NCBI GenBank assembly: GCA_000002435.2
Contig: CM018790.1
Source: Giardia intestinalis
Lineage: Eukaryota
Length of the DNA: 64,000 nt
Direction: 5' to 3' (one strand)
Below, piece by piece: positions 21,064 to 30,327 of the stretch. Position 1 is the first letter of the stretch. Each line of letters begins with the position of its first letter. The translations under genes and the position numbers were made by a program. The notes beneath the pieces were generated by a model. The model did no database searches. It was not told the origin of the DNA and worked only from the letters and a program-made list of their open reading frames with translations.

Positions 21064-21774
21064 GGGTCTGCCGCAGCAGCTGGCAGTGCCTGACACCCTC
21101 GAGTAGACGGGCGCCGGTTGTAGAGAGAGACGGCCTGACGGTGAACCGGTCCTGATCGCTCGTGATGCTTCGGATGACACCCTTCAGAGAGGTGGCCCTG
21201 GACCGACGCCTCAGCAGACCGAAGCATCACCCCAAGCGTGCTGTGCGGTGCAGATGGACCAGCTCATACGTCATTGAGCCAGACGCACTGCATAGAATGA
21301 TGCGCCGACACGATCTCGTACTGGGTGACTGGCCACCTGTAAGAGCGCACTGCGATCCATGAGCAGAGGGGTGGGCCTCCTCCCCCGACACCACCGCATG
21401 GGATTACTCCATCGGCATCCATGAACGCATACTATGACTCCAAGACAGAGGCGCAGGGGGAGCACACCCTTGATAATGGAACAGATGGTGCCCTCCACGA
21501 GGAGGCGAAGAGGCACCCGAGGAACGGGGCAGGCACCCGGGGTCGTGGCGTGGGATCTTCGTCATGGAGCACCAGCACCAGGGCCACGTGGAGGCCAGAT
21601 CGCCGCGACAGACGCAAGACCTGAGATAGCAGGTGCTCAATAGATGTCAGACGATGGTTGACCCCGACGGGCCAGAGGAAGGAAAGTCCTAGGGGGCACC
21701 GCGAGGAGCGGCAGGGACTCCCGAGAGGCAGAGCAAAGTTCCTTCTTCTTCTCCCATCGGAATCGCTACATCCG

Positions 21775-21800
21775 ATCTCAGATTTCGGATTCTGGATCTC
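21775..21800 (-). repeat. 20-bp motif GAGATCCAGAATCCGAAATC, copy 2, in reverse orientation, just 3' of the ankyrin gene.
   Basis: atctcagatttcggattctggatctc is the reverse complement of the motif at 22885-22906. Confidence 0.6.
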
Positions 21801-21832
21801 AACCGATGCAGGGACGGGAGGTACTTGTTTGT

Positions 21833-22591
21833 TCAGGGCGGCGACTCGCACGGGGGATTTACTTGGACAGCAACTAGCAAACTAATCTCAGTGAAACAGG
21901 GTAAACATTGTGATATGATCAGCAAGTAGGCGAGTTCACTCACAAGTTTCCTAGGCTGCATCTGTAAGTATGGATCTACAATACCCTCACTCTCGAGAAA
22001 AGATGCTACCTCGGAGTGATTCCATCTATTGGCCGTACGGATGGCATGTACGCCACCTATGTCCTTCTCCTTCTCCAGTAGCAACTTGACACACTCCAGA
22101 TGATCATGCCCTGCTGCAAGCACGAGGGCAGTAAAACCTCTGCCTTTCTGCATGCCTCCCTCAGCATCCAGGAGTAGTCTCACGACCTCGGTGCGGCCAA
22201 AATGTGCCGCCCACATGAGGGCTGTCCATCCATTACTGCTCCTCATACCGCTCTCGCACCTCATCAGCAGCTTCACCACTCTGGTGTGTCCGAGCACCGC
22301 AGCAACCATCAGGGCCGTCCCCCCACTTATGTCTTTCCTCCCTGCCTTGACAAGCTTCGCCACCATCCTTGCCTGATAAGGGATGTAGCGCTTCACCGCC
22401 TTCACGTCGTTTCGGTTGGCTGCCTTCATAAGCGTGGTGACCCCGTTCTCGTCCACGCTGCCTTCATCATCCATTTCTGAAGGCTCAGTTGGGTTTCCTG
22501 CGCCCTCTTCGCTCGTGTCCCTTTCGGGCATGAGGGGTGGGGCGCAGTCGCACTCCTGAAGGAGTTGACCTAAATCATCCGCAGACGACAT
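21833..22591 (-). CDS. Ankyrin-repeat protein of the Giardia Protein 21.1 type, 252 aa.
   Basis: The ATG is at 22589-22591. The product has at least four ankyrin repeats (GTALMVAAVLGHTRVVKLLM, GWTALMWAAHFGRTEVVRLLL, GFTALVLAAGHDHLECVKLLL and TTLMKAANRNDVKAVKRYI) and an acidic N-terminus. Confidence 0.75.
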   Translation of the reverse strand: MSSADDLGQLLQECDCAPPLMPERDTSEEGAGNPTEPSEMDDEGSVDENGVTTLMKAANRNDVKAVKRYIPYQARMVAKLVKAGRKDISGGTALMVAAVLGHTRVVKLLMRCESGMRSSNGWTALMWAAHFGRTEVVRLLLDAEGGMQKGRGFTALVLAAGHDHLECVKLLLEKEKDIGGVHAIRTANRWNHSEVASFLESEGIVDPYLQMQPRKLVSELAYLLIISQCLPCFTEISLLVAVQVNPPCESPP

Positions 22592-22884
22592 TTTTACTGC
22601 GGGTCACATAGAGCTCGTGTGTCAGTACGCCTGCAATTCCTGGGCCTCTTGCAGCGCATCCAGATGGCGCATCATACAAAGACTGCACCCCTTGAATTCC
22701 TTCCGTCGCCCCTGCTATGTGTAGCAAGGTGCAATGGAGTGACCTTCGGCCGTGGCGTCAGGCACGCTGTGAACAGAAGAGTTCATTCTGCTTCCTCTGG
22801 TTGGTTTGTCAGCTGTTGCCTGAACAGGTCCTCCATGCGAGCCGCCGCCGCCCCAGGCTGGCAGTCTCTCGCTCGCTCACCAGC

Positions 22885-22906
22885 CGAGATCCAGAATCCG
22901 AAATCA
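22885..22906 (+). repeat. 20-bp motif GAGATCCAGAATCCGAAATC, copy 3, lying 90 bp upstream of dispersed element C.
   Basis: gagatccagaatccgaaatcag is present here. Confidence 0.6.
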
Positions 22907-22994
22907 GAAGGTCAGATATCGTCCAGTTCTGACGGGGAAGATCTGTGCCTCCTCCCCGAGGCGGTAGCGAGTACAGATGAGCGTTCGAGGCTGG

Positions 22995-23150
22995 TAATGG
23001 CACTAATCACTCGCCACGCTGGTCGAGATGGACCCACACGTGACCCATATGAATCCCTCGACAAGAGATGGGGCCCCTGGGGTGTCTGGCTGGCAGAGGC
23101 GGACTGATCCTGACCGCACTGAAGAGTGGTGGCGGCCTGGGCCACCTACC
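22995..23150 (+). repeat. Short dispersed repeat element, copy C, in the intergenic region upstream of the ankyrin gene.
   Basis: It aligns directly with 20925-21063 (see copy B). Confidence 0.75.
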
Positions 23151-23282
23151 GGGCATCTATATTGGTGAAACAGGGTAAGTTCTCTTCGCTGAACACCAAA
23201 TATAAGACCCATGCGCAGTGTTCCTCAAAGCGAACAAGGTTTGCTGGCATCAAGAAGAATATCGTCATGAGTAATATGCAGT

Positions 23283-24242
23283 TTACTTTGGAGCTTCTGA
23301 AAAGACCTGAGGAGACGTCGACCATGTAAGTTTAGTGCCCTTTTCCTTGCCGTCGTCCTCTACCTCATCGGCCTTCCAGTCCCAGGTCCAGTTCGCCTTT
23401 CCATGACGAATAATAGATCCATCTTCGGTGGCCGAGTAGACGGGTGTAAAGTTAGCATTTGTCCTATCCCACATAGGATTCTTGCTCTTTGAAGGCTTTT
23501 TCCGCGGAGTCTTATTCCGTATAACAGGCTCTCCTGGTTTAGGATCCCATGGGTAGAGCATCTCGCTCTTGCGCATAATCTTGATGGAAGGCATATACTT
23601 CCGCTTGAAAAGCCAATCTACAAGGTCGTTTGCCATGTCAGGCATAGCCTCGACCTTAAGCTTAAGTCTGTTGAAGGTGGGGCTTTTTGTCTGCAGATTA
23701 GGGTGCACCCTGAAGCTTGGCGGGTCCTTCTTGAAGATTATCTGACCCCCCTTAATACATTGAACAACGTGCGGGACAAAGTCTGGTTTTACAATGACAT
23801 GAAGATTATCCGTAGAATCGAAGGGGTAATACTGACAAAACTCATCTAGAAGCGTTACGCAGTCAGTGGCCATGGTGCAGTCTGCCAAATGGTACATCAC
23901 TATCATGATCATGGCCTCACCGGGGTACTCGTCGGCAAACTTCTGAATTGCCTTCTTACCGGTGTCGTACTGATACTGACTGTTCCATAACATACTCTGG
24001 ACGTTGACTCGACCGACTGGGATAGAGGTTACGTTGAAATGGATGCATATCTTTGCTATCAGCTGCTCGTTGGTAGTTGTAACCAAAGCATATGCCTCGT
24101 TTCCATTATAATACACTAGGACGCGCTCGAGCATGAGGTTCTCGCACTGCTTATTGACAAAGTTGTGGAGCTGGTAAACGGAGGTCCTGGGGTCAAACCC
24201 TATGAATTTCGTCGTCGGAAGATAGTCTTCTTTCGTGGCCAT
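23283..24242 (-). CDS. Hypothetical protein, 319 aa.
   Basis: It is a clean ATG-initiated ORF (MATKEDYLPTTKFIGFDPRT...) with non-repetitive composition. It has a Lys/Pro-rich C-terminal tail. I could not recognise a domain by eye. Confidence 0.45.
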   Translation of the reverse strand: MATKEDYLPTTKFIGFDPRTSVYQLHNFVNKQCENLMLERVLVYYNGNEAYALVTTTNEQLIAKICIHFNVTSIPVGRVNVQSMLWNSQYQYDTGKKAIQKFADEYPGEAMIMIVMYHLADCTMATDCVTLLDEFCQYYPFDSTDNLHVIVKPDFVPHVVQCIKGGQIIFKKDPPSFRVHPNLQTKSPTFNRLKLKVEAMPDMANDLVDWLFKRKYMPSIKIMRKSEMLYPWDPKPGEPVIRNKTPRKKPSKSKNPMWDRTNANFTPVYSATEDGSIIRHGKANWTWDWKADEVEDDGKEKGTKLTWSTSPQVFSEAPK

Positions 24243-24439
24243 GAGCGAGGCAGGTTGTTAAAGTTAAAAAACAAGTGAGTGCATTTTTTGAATCAAAGGA
24301 CATGTTTATTCATCCAGACTGCAGATCACGATAACAACCAAGGCGAAGACACAGGATAACCGACAAGCGTAAATGTAGTAATACAGAAAGCATAGACCTA
24401 ACTATGCCGCGCCATCCAGGACTTAGGCGCACAATTGAC

Positions 24440-24838
24440 TTAGCGTCTAGCATACCGTTTACGCACAGAGGCGCCACGCTGTCTTAGAACAGGTTTCTGA
24501 GTGGATCCACTTACTCTGGTATCGGACGCGTGCTTAGAAATATTCTTTAAAGCGTTAAACTGATCTTCCAAAGACTTTTCTAACATGTTTCGGACAAGTT
24601 CTGGAATAAGAATCTGCAAGTAGAGCGGGCTAGTTTGAGAATTAGCGATGGACCTCACCGGGGTTGCATCTCCGGAGACGATCCGCCCGTTAATAAAAAG
24701 ACCGTAAAAGACCGGCTGAATGCCATATCTGTGAAGGACGACTTTTGCTATAGTGTAAAGGAACTTTACTGTTGCCATATCATCGACCAGCGCACTGACA
24801 GGGTATTTGAGAAGCTCCGATACAAAGATCACCTGCAT
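24440..24838 (-). CDS. Hypothetical small protein, 132 aa, possibly with a ubiquitin-like beta-grasp fold.
   Basis: The ORF is ATG-initiated (MQVIFVSELLKYPVSALVDD...). The hydrophobic pattern and the motif FYGLFINGRIV...SPLYLQI weakly resemble ATG12/UBL-type folds. It has a basic C-terminal tail. Confidence 0.35.
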   Translation of the reverse strand: MQVIFVSELLKYPVSALVDDMATVKFLYTIAKVVLHRYGIQPVFYGLFINGRIVSGDATPVRSIANSQTSPLYLQILIPELVRNMLEKSLEDQFNALKNISKHASDTRVSGSTQKPVLRQRGASVRKRYARR

Positions 24839-25197
24839 TTTTGCTTTGACTTTTTAATTTGATTGGCCTAGTTTATATTGTATGATTGTGCAATTGGGAT
24901 CAGCCACTCAACCTGTTGCTGCCTTTCTGCTGTCATCTGGTAAGCTCTAGGATGGCAGCGTTCCTGTCTCTCTGCCCTACCAGGCGCTTTTGACATGTAT
25001 CGCTCATGGGGTGTTTGCTCAATCTTCCTGATCTACAAAGTTGTCTAGTTACTTCTCATCGGGAAAGGACTTACCGTCTAGTTGAAAGGCTTGATTGAAA
25101 TACTATAAAAAAGTGCATGGGCTATGTAGCCACTCGTTTCTCGTTGTTCTAATCCTTTACTCCTCTGCCGTCTATCTTCAGCAACACCGGTGCTCTG

Positions 25198-25221
25198 ACC
25201 AATTAAAAAGTTAATTAAAAA
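25198..25221 (+). promoter_or_regulatory. AT-rich initiator/promoter tract immediately upstream of the AMPK-beta ATG.
   Basis: The sequence accaattaaaaagttaattaaaaaATG is present here. Short AT-rich elements abutting the start codon are the known form of Giardia core promoters. Confidence 0.4.
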
Positions 25222-25959
25222 ATGGGTCAAGCGGATTCCAGACTCGCTGATTCCCCGGCCGTCCCGAATGACCCCGCCACTGTGGAGGTCACCGTTACCT
25301 GGAACGATCCTAATGGATCGGCAGTTTACTGTATTGGCTCCTTCAACAACTGGACGGAGCGGTTGCCTCTTCAGCGCAACCACTCGGGAACATGGTTTGC
25401 AGTTCTTTATTTACCTCCAGGCATCTATCAGTATAAATTTATAGTGGATGGAAATTGGGTGTGTGCGCCTGATCAGCCCCAATGCCGCGACAACGACGGA
25501 AACCTGAACAATGTGATCCAGATTTCTGTCTCGGGCCACCTTACAGAGCCTGCGAATCAGGAAGATGCCCGTTGTGATTTTAGGCCCGGGGAGTCGCACC
25601 GAGAGATCGATGCGTGGTTCACTCTGTCGATTCCAGATAATCCCAGGGACGTGTGGAAGAGCTTTCCATCTGAGGTGCCGAAGCAGCTCCTGAAGACCAT
25701 TCTCAACGAGACCATCTCTAAGACAGACACATATGAGCCTACACTGCTCCTGCCAATCCCCGAACATGTCACGCTCACGCACTTCTTCCGCCAAAAGAGG
25801 CGGAAGATGATCACCGCGACCTCTGCGTCTATCAAGTATCGCAGCAAGTACCTTACTGTCGTGCTCTACTCGCCGTCCGACGAACCCGTCAACATCCCTG
25901 ACCTGAGCAGAGTTATACATGATTACGTAGCAACCAACAATATCAGACCAGATGTCTAA
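25222..25959 (+). CDS. AMP-activated protein kinase / SNF1 beta subunit, 245 aa.
   Basis: The N-terminus MGQ... is a candidate N-myristoylation site. A CBM48 glycogen-binding domain is present (VTWNDPNGSAVYCIGSFNNWTERLPLQRNHSGTWFAVLYLPPGIYQYKFIVDGNWVCAPDQP, compare AMPK-beta VYLSGSFNNWSKLPLTRS...GEHQYKFFVDGQW). A C-terminal ASC/interaction domain is also present (LLLPIPEHVTLTHF...KYRSKYLTVVLYSP). Confidence 0.85.
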   Translation: MGQADSRLADSPAVPNDPATVEVTVTWNDPNGSAVYCIGSFNNWTERLPLQRNHSGTWFAVLYLPPGIYQYKFIVDGNWVCAPDQPQCRDNDGNLNNVIQISVSGHLTEPANQEDARCDFRPGESHREIDAWFTLSIPDNPRDVWKSFPSEVPKQLLKTILNETISKTDTYEPTLLLPIPEHVTLTHFFRQKRRKMITATSASIKYRSKYLTVVLYSPSDEPVNIPDLSRVIHDYVATNNIRPDV

Positions 25960-26035
25960 CTAGGACACTAATCAGAAATTTACAACACACTGGTGACACA
26001 CGGACGTCCCTGCACACCGTCACCACTTCCTTTCC

Positions 26036-28576
26036 TTAAAGCTTCTTGCCATCTTTTTCTCCAAATAAACCAAGATTATATATGCATGTGTACTCTCCGC
26101 CGTTATTTGTGAATTGAACACGTACCTGTATGAGGTCGTGATTCTCCTGCAGTTGGAAGGCTTGCTGCTCTGGGCCATCGACGTCGAAAGTGAAGCTCCC
26201 CAGCTGAATCTCCTTTCCAGTGGTTGTGCGCCCGATGAACGTTAGATCACGTGGGACAGTAGTCCGGCCGGTAGAGAGCTTCGGCGCAGCTGGATGTGAG
26301 ATAGTGCCGTAGTACAACGTAACTGGGTCCTTAAAACGCAATACAACATGCCCGTTTTTCTTCGTCGGCCAACATGCTCCTGGTGACATGTTCTCGTTGA
26401 ACATGAGCCGTACACGCTCGTTCCCGGAGATGAGAGTTTTGAGGCTCTCTGCGATGTTCGTAATGTCATCAGATTTGCCTGCAATTCTTGTCCCAAAAGA
26501 CTGTTTCGTAAAATCCGTGTACTGTAACCGCAGATCGTCAACTACGCCTTGTGAGACAGTACTTGTGCTTTCGGAAGAGTAGCTCGTTTGCTTCAATAGA
26601 GCCTTCTTTATTATTCCTGCTAGTCCCATCTTCAGATGATCCACGCGCTCGTTAGCCTCCTGAATCATCTTGTTTTCTGAGGCATTTATCCTCTCCTGAA
26701 TAGCAAGAGTAACGTTCTGTGCCTGCTGTGTAATGTGTTGGGAAAGCTTATACCGTGCCTCTTCAAGGTCAGCTAATGTCAACAGTGAGGACTGAGAATC
26801 ACCATGGCTGCCAGTGCTACCAAAGCCAGAGCCCACCCGGTCTGAAAGCTCTCCAAGTACAACGATAATTCTATCTATGGCGTGCTGCATAGAGCTCAGG
26901 CTTTCAGATGCAAACATTACTGGGGCCGTACCATTGACAGATACCTCTGCATTGACAGCGGACTTTGCAGCAAGGTCAATAAGCACAGTGGATAAGCTCT
27001 CTGTCTGTGTACGGATGCTAGCTAGAGAGTCGCTAATTACCTGGTTTGTTATTGCGGCAGCATCCTTCAGCTGTGTCTGGATGTCAAGGAGGATCGATTG
27101 CTGCAAGGCCTGTAACTCTTTAGTGATGCTCTCGTTGCGATATGACGTCTCTAACCTACGTGACAGGCCCTCTATCATCGTAAATAGAGCAGTGAAGTCG
27201 GCAGATCCTGCGGTTACCACTGCATCTGTCGCATCAGATATCTTCCCAACAGCTGCTTTGATTTTCTCCGAGGCTTTCTTTGCTGGCGTTGAGGTCGCAT
27301 TGAAACTGTTGTTCCTGAGGAGATCCTTCATCAGATCGATGGTAGCAGACTGCGCATTCAGCATCTCCTTCTCAAACTTAGCAATAGCATCAGAGAGTGC
27401 AGAAGTGCGCTCCTTGGTCGCTGAAGTCACTTCGTCCCTAACTATCTTGGCTAGATCTTTTAGTTGGTTGGTCGTAATACTCTGATCAGTGGCCCGAGCC
27501 GTATGCTTATCAATTATCTCTGCAATCTTGAACTCCAACTTTTGATGCTGATCCGAAAGTTTGGACGCCACCTGAGTTGCAATGTTATGAATTTCTTTAT
27601 TATCTAGTGTAAATGCGCGAGCATTGCCCCACTCTTTGAGCAGGACCTTGTTGTTTAACTCAAGGAGAGATTGTATTTCTTTCAGTGACGGGCCTGTGCA
27701 GGACACGCCTGCAACACCGTCACCTGTATGTATAGGAACCAGTGGAGCACCAGCGCCAACGATGCCTAGCCCAGCACATCCCGTCCAGAGGCGCATCAGC
27801 AGGTAGCTGAAGATGAAGAGCACCATGAGAGCAAGTAATCCACATGCGCTAGCGTAAACATACTCAGCGCAACCCCATGCTTTCTTGTAGGCGTAGAGCA
27901 TACCGGGTTCGCCAGCTGTAACCACTCTCGTACTCGTTGATAGCCTCGAAGGTGGACGCGGTCTTCTCTTGACACGCTGCTTGACCATGACATACTCATC
28001 TGTGTACTCATCTTCTTGGGACGGTTGGATAGCTGGGGACGGCTTCTTGATAGGAGTGGCCGACTGTCTGAGTGGGGTTGGAGTGGCTGGCTTAGGCACA
28101 TCCTTGGGAGATTTCCGTGCAGGTGGAGGGCTTGGCGTGGGGCTAGATTCTGGAGGAGTTGACGTGCTGGATGTTTCGGAAAGGGAAGCCTGCTGGGGTT
28201 GACTAGAAGAAGAATCCTTATCCTCTGATGTTATTTCGTATTTGGGAGGCTCCTGGACACGGGATCTCTGAATCGGTGCAACTTGTAGAGCTGTCAAAGA
28301 CTTCTGCAATTTAAGCGCATCACTCTGATCCATGAGGGTGTCAATCTTCTTGGGAGGGCGTGCATCGACCTCAGCGGCCATAAGATACTCTTGAAGCCGG
28401 AGGGTCCCCTCGTCTTGATTTCTAAGATTCTGGGTTATCCGCTCAGACTTACCGGATGTTAGCTCCGCCCTAAACCCGTCGCTTGTCTTCCTAAGGACTT
28501 CCTTTGTGTAGGCCTCATCCTCGCGCGTGGGATTCATACGCACAAGGGCTCCCGAAGAGCGAGTGCGGGGCGGCAT
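26036..28576 (-). CDS. SUN-domain nuclear-envelope protein (Sad1/UNC-84 family), 846 aa.
   Basis: The true ATG is probably at 28574-28576 (MPPRTRSSG...), preceded by aaaaataaaaataaaaat. The product has a basic, S/P-rich N-terminal region, one transmembrane helix (AWGCAEYVYASACGLLALMVLFIFSYLLMRLW), a long coiled-coil region, and a C-terminal SUN domain. The SUN domain reads PGACWPTKKNGHVVLRFKDPVTLYYGTISHPAAPKLSTGRTTVPRDLTFIGR...LGSFTFDVDGPEQQAFQL, which compares with the SUN1/2 sequence PGNCWAF.G..G.VV.L...I.PT.VTLEH......P.....SAPKDF.I.G...LG.FTYD.DG...Q.F. Confidence 0.75.
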   Translation of the reverse strand: MPPRTRSSGALVRMNPTREDEAYTKEVLRKTSDGFRAELTSGKSERITQNLRNQDEGTLRLQEYLMAAEVDARPPKKIDTLMDQSDALKLQKSLTALQVAPIQRSRVQEPPKYEITSEDKDSSSSQPQQASLSETSSTSTPPESSPTPSPPPARKSPKDVPKPATPTPLRQSATPIKKPSPAIQPSQEDEYTDEYVMVKQRVKRRPRPPSRLSTSTRVVTAGEPGMLYAYKKAWGCAEYVYASACGLLALMVLFIFSYLLMRLWTGCAGLGIVGAGAPLVPIHTGDGVAGVSCTGPSLKEIQSLLELNNKVLLKEWGNARAFTLDNKEIHNIATQVASKLSDQHQKLEFKIAEIIDKHTARATDQSITTNQLKDLAKIVRDEVTSATKERTSALSDAIAKFEKEMLNAQSATIDLMKDLLRNNSFNATSTPAKKASEKIKAAVGKISDATDAVVTAGSADFTALFTMIEGLSRRLETSYRNESITKELQALQQSILLDIQTQLKDAAAITNQVISDSLASIRTQTESLSTVLIDLAAKSAVNAEVSVNGTAPVMFASESLSSMQHAIDRIIVVLGELSDRVGSGFGSTGSHGDSQSSLLTLADLEEARYKLSQHITQQAQNVTLAIQERINASENKMIQEANERVDHLKMGLAGIIKKALLKQTSYSSESTSTVSQGVVDDLRLQYTDFTKQSFGTRIAGKSDDITNIAESLKTLISGNERVRLMFNENMSPGACWPTKKNGHVVLRFKDPVTLYYGTISHPAAPKLSTGRTTVPRDLTFIGRTTTGKEIQLGSFTFDVDGPEQQAFQLQENHDLIQVRVQFTNNGGEYTCIYNLGLFGEKDGKKL

Positions 28577-28627
28577 TTTTATTTTTATTTTTAGCTTTGG
28601 CTTTGGCTTTAAACAGAAAGCATACAC

Positions 28628-30307
28628 TTAGTAGGATTTGCTACTGCAAGCTCGCCGTTTCGAACATTCGCATGTACACCGCGAAAGAGAATTGCATCCT
28701 GTTCCACAGCTACAGTGGTTGATAGCGTTTTGTTCTAACCTGCGATAGATATCCATTTGGTTAATCAGTAGCTTGCTTTTCTGTGCCAGATATGCTCTCT
28801 CTGTCTTTAGAATAGCTTCTTGAGACGCTAAAGCCTCTGCCTTTGTCCTCAAAACAGCCATATCAAGAGCGGACGCAGTGATAAACCGCTTAGATTCGTG
28901 CTTGAGACTATTCAATTCGGCCTCCAGTAGGTGAGCTCTATCAGCTGCTCGCCTGATCATTTGAAGTTCATCTGCATCAATTGTCACCGTCTTCTGTGCA
29001 GTGGTTGGCCCGGCCCAATTATTATTTCTGGCCACAAGCGATACCTTGTTAACAGTGCTAAGTATTTTACGAGTCCAACGATCTCGTCCAGCACTCTGAA
29101 ACACGAATCCGATGACGCATGTACAGACCCTCCCTGTAAACGTATCCTTTAGATCCAAGAGAAAAGGACATTTCAAGAGGGGAAGTTCTCTATTGCATAG
29201 AGCTGCGAATGCTGCGGAGATCTGTGTCATTATGCTTTCGTTGTTTGCGGATGGATGTATTATGGAAGAGGGCACCTCTACAGCGCTTCGCTCTGATTGG
29301 ACTCCATGACAACCCAAGACTTGGATGTCTCCTAGCCTCTCTGCTCTGCTACACTTTCCTTCCTTGATCCTATGCGCCAACGTCGGGCCACAGGATTGGG
29401 TGATTACAGATTTTCCACTGCTTCCAGATGGAGAAAGATGGTTGATGGATGTTGTCTCTATAAACTGCTGAGAGCCTACCCCTGGAGTGGTTCTTGGAAA
29501 GTGACCCCTTCCCGGAATAGCTTCCTCAAGCACTGGTATGGCAGTGGACCCAGAAGCTCCGCCGACAAAGGGAATTATGCCCAATTTCAACGTGGATGTC
29601 ACTATAAAGGATCCAGATTCGTCTGAAATGGTTATATTGAAGGTAGAGATAGTGGGCATGGTTCGACCTACGTCTATGAGCAGGCTGCAATATGTATTCA
29701 GCAGAGCATCAGGGGTTATATATTGTTGGGGCATGAGGCACACGACACTGTTGTTCTCACGATAGCCAAGTACTTGGCATGATAAGGTGAAGATTGCACC
29801 AGGACTTCTGGCCTTGAGCCTATGCAGTAAGCGAGCAATAAAGCACTGCTCAAGGCTGCTCATGCTGCAGAAGAAGAAGGAAATAGGTTCCGGCAGGGGG
29901 CCGGAAAGGTGCCCCACGTCGGTACCAGCAAACGCAAGAATATGTAGATCCTCTCCGTGGCATAGAAGATCCAGATACCAGTCCAGTACCTCCCCGTAAA
30001 GCCAATCGTTGGTTTCGTCCGGTCCCACAATGGCTTGACAGCTTAATAGGGATCTTCCCTCCCCAAAGCTTATGGGGCCCGCTTCCCTAGCTGCTCTGCC
30101 CCTTCCTCCTCCTCCATGATATGACAGTATCGAGGCGGAGCTCGGGCGTGTAACTCCTTGAGCAATAAACGGAATCGTCAATTGTGAAGTAGACTCCTTT
30201 CGGACTTCATAAAGAGCGGCATGCTTAGGGTTAAAGAAGCAACTGCGGGTAGCTTCTGGGACAGGGATAATGCGGATGTATCCTGAGATTTTGGGCCTTT
30301 GAGACAT
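28628..30307 (-). CDS. Hypothetical protein of about 559 aa with a C-terminal coiled coil and a Cys-rich tail.
   Basis: The track ORF starts at a TTG at 30364. The first ATG is at 30305-30307 (MSQRPKISGYIRIIP...). The C-terminal heptad-rich region ELQMIRRAADRAHLLEAELNSLKHESKRF... is followed by HCSCGTGCNSLSRCTCECS. I did not recognise a domain. Confidence 0.45.
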   Translation of the reverse strand: MSQRPKISGYIRIIPVPEATRSCFFNPKHAALYEVRKESTSQLTIPFIAQGVTRPSSASILSYHGGGGRGRAAREAGPISFGEGRSLLSCQAIVGPDETNDWLYGEVLDWYLDLLCHGEDLHILAFAGTDVGHLSGPLPEPISFFFCSMSSLEQCFIARLLHRLKARSPGAIFTLSCQVLGYRENNSVVCLMPQQYITPDALLNTYCSLLIDVGRTMPTISTFNITISDESGSFIVTSTLKLGIIPFVGGASGSTAIPVLEEAIPGRGHFPRTTPGVGSQQFIETTSINHLSPSGSSGKSVITQSCGPTLAHRIKEGKCSRAERLGDIQVLGCHGVQSERSAVEVPSSIIHPSANNESIMTQISAAFAALCNRELPLLKCPFLLDLKDTFTGRVCTCVIGFVFQSAGRDRWTRKILSTVNKVSLVARNNNWAGPTTAQKTVTIDADELQMIRRAADRAHLLEAELNSLKHESKRFITASALDMAVLRTKAEALASQEAILKTERAYLAQKSKLLINQMDIYRRLEQNAINHCSCGTGCNSLSRCTCECSKRRACSSKSY

Positions 30308-30327
30308 CAGTTTTGGCCAGTAAAAAA

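Noticed and set aside
21432-23107. ORFs 21432..21851 (-) and 22619..23107 (+), both containing the peptide EIQNPKSE
   Set aside because: The shared peptide is simply the translation of the 20-bp dispersed motif. Both ORFs sit in GC-rich intergenic DNA flanking the ankyrin gene, and one of them overlaps it. They are not treated as genes.
20925-23150. The 150-bp dispersed element as a C/D-box snoRNA
   Set aside because: Copy C has an approximate C-box-like agatga and a ctga about 130 nt downstream. Copy B lacks a convincing C box, and there is no clear terminal stem. The evidence is too weak, so it was left as an unclassified repeat.
26814-27485. 223-aa plus-strand ORF antisense to the SUN-domain gene
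   Set aside because: It is contained entirely within a well-supported minus-strand gene. It has no domain, and I consider it a chance antisense ORF.
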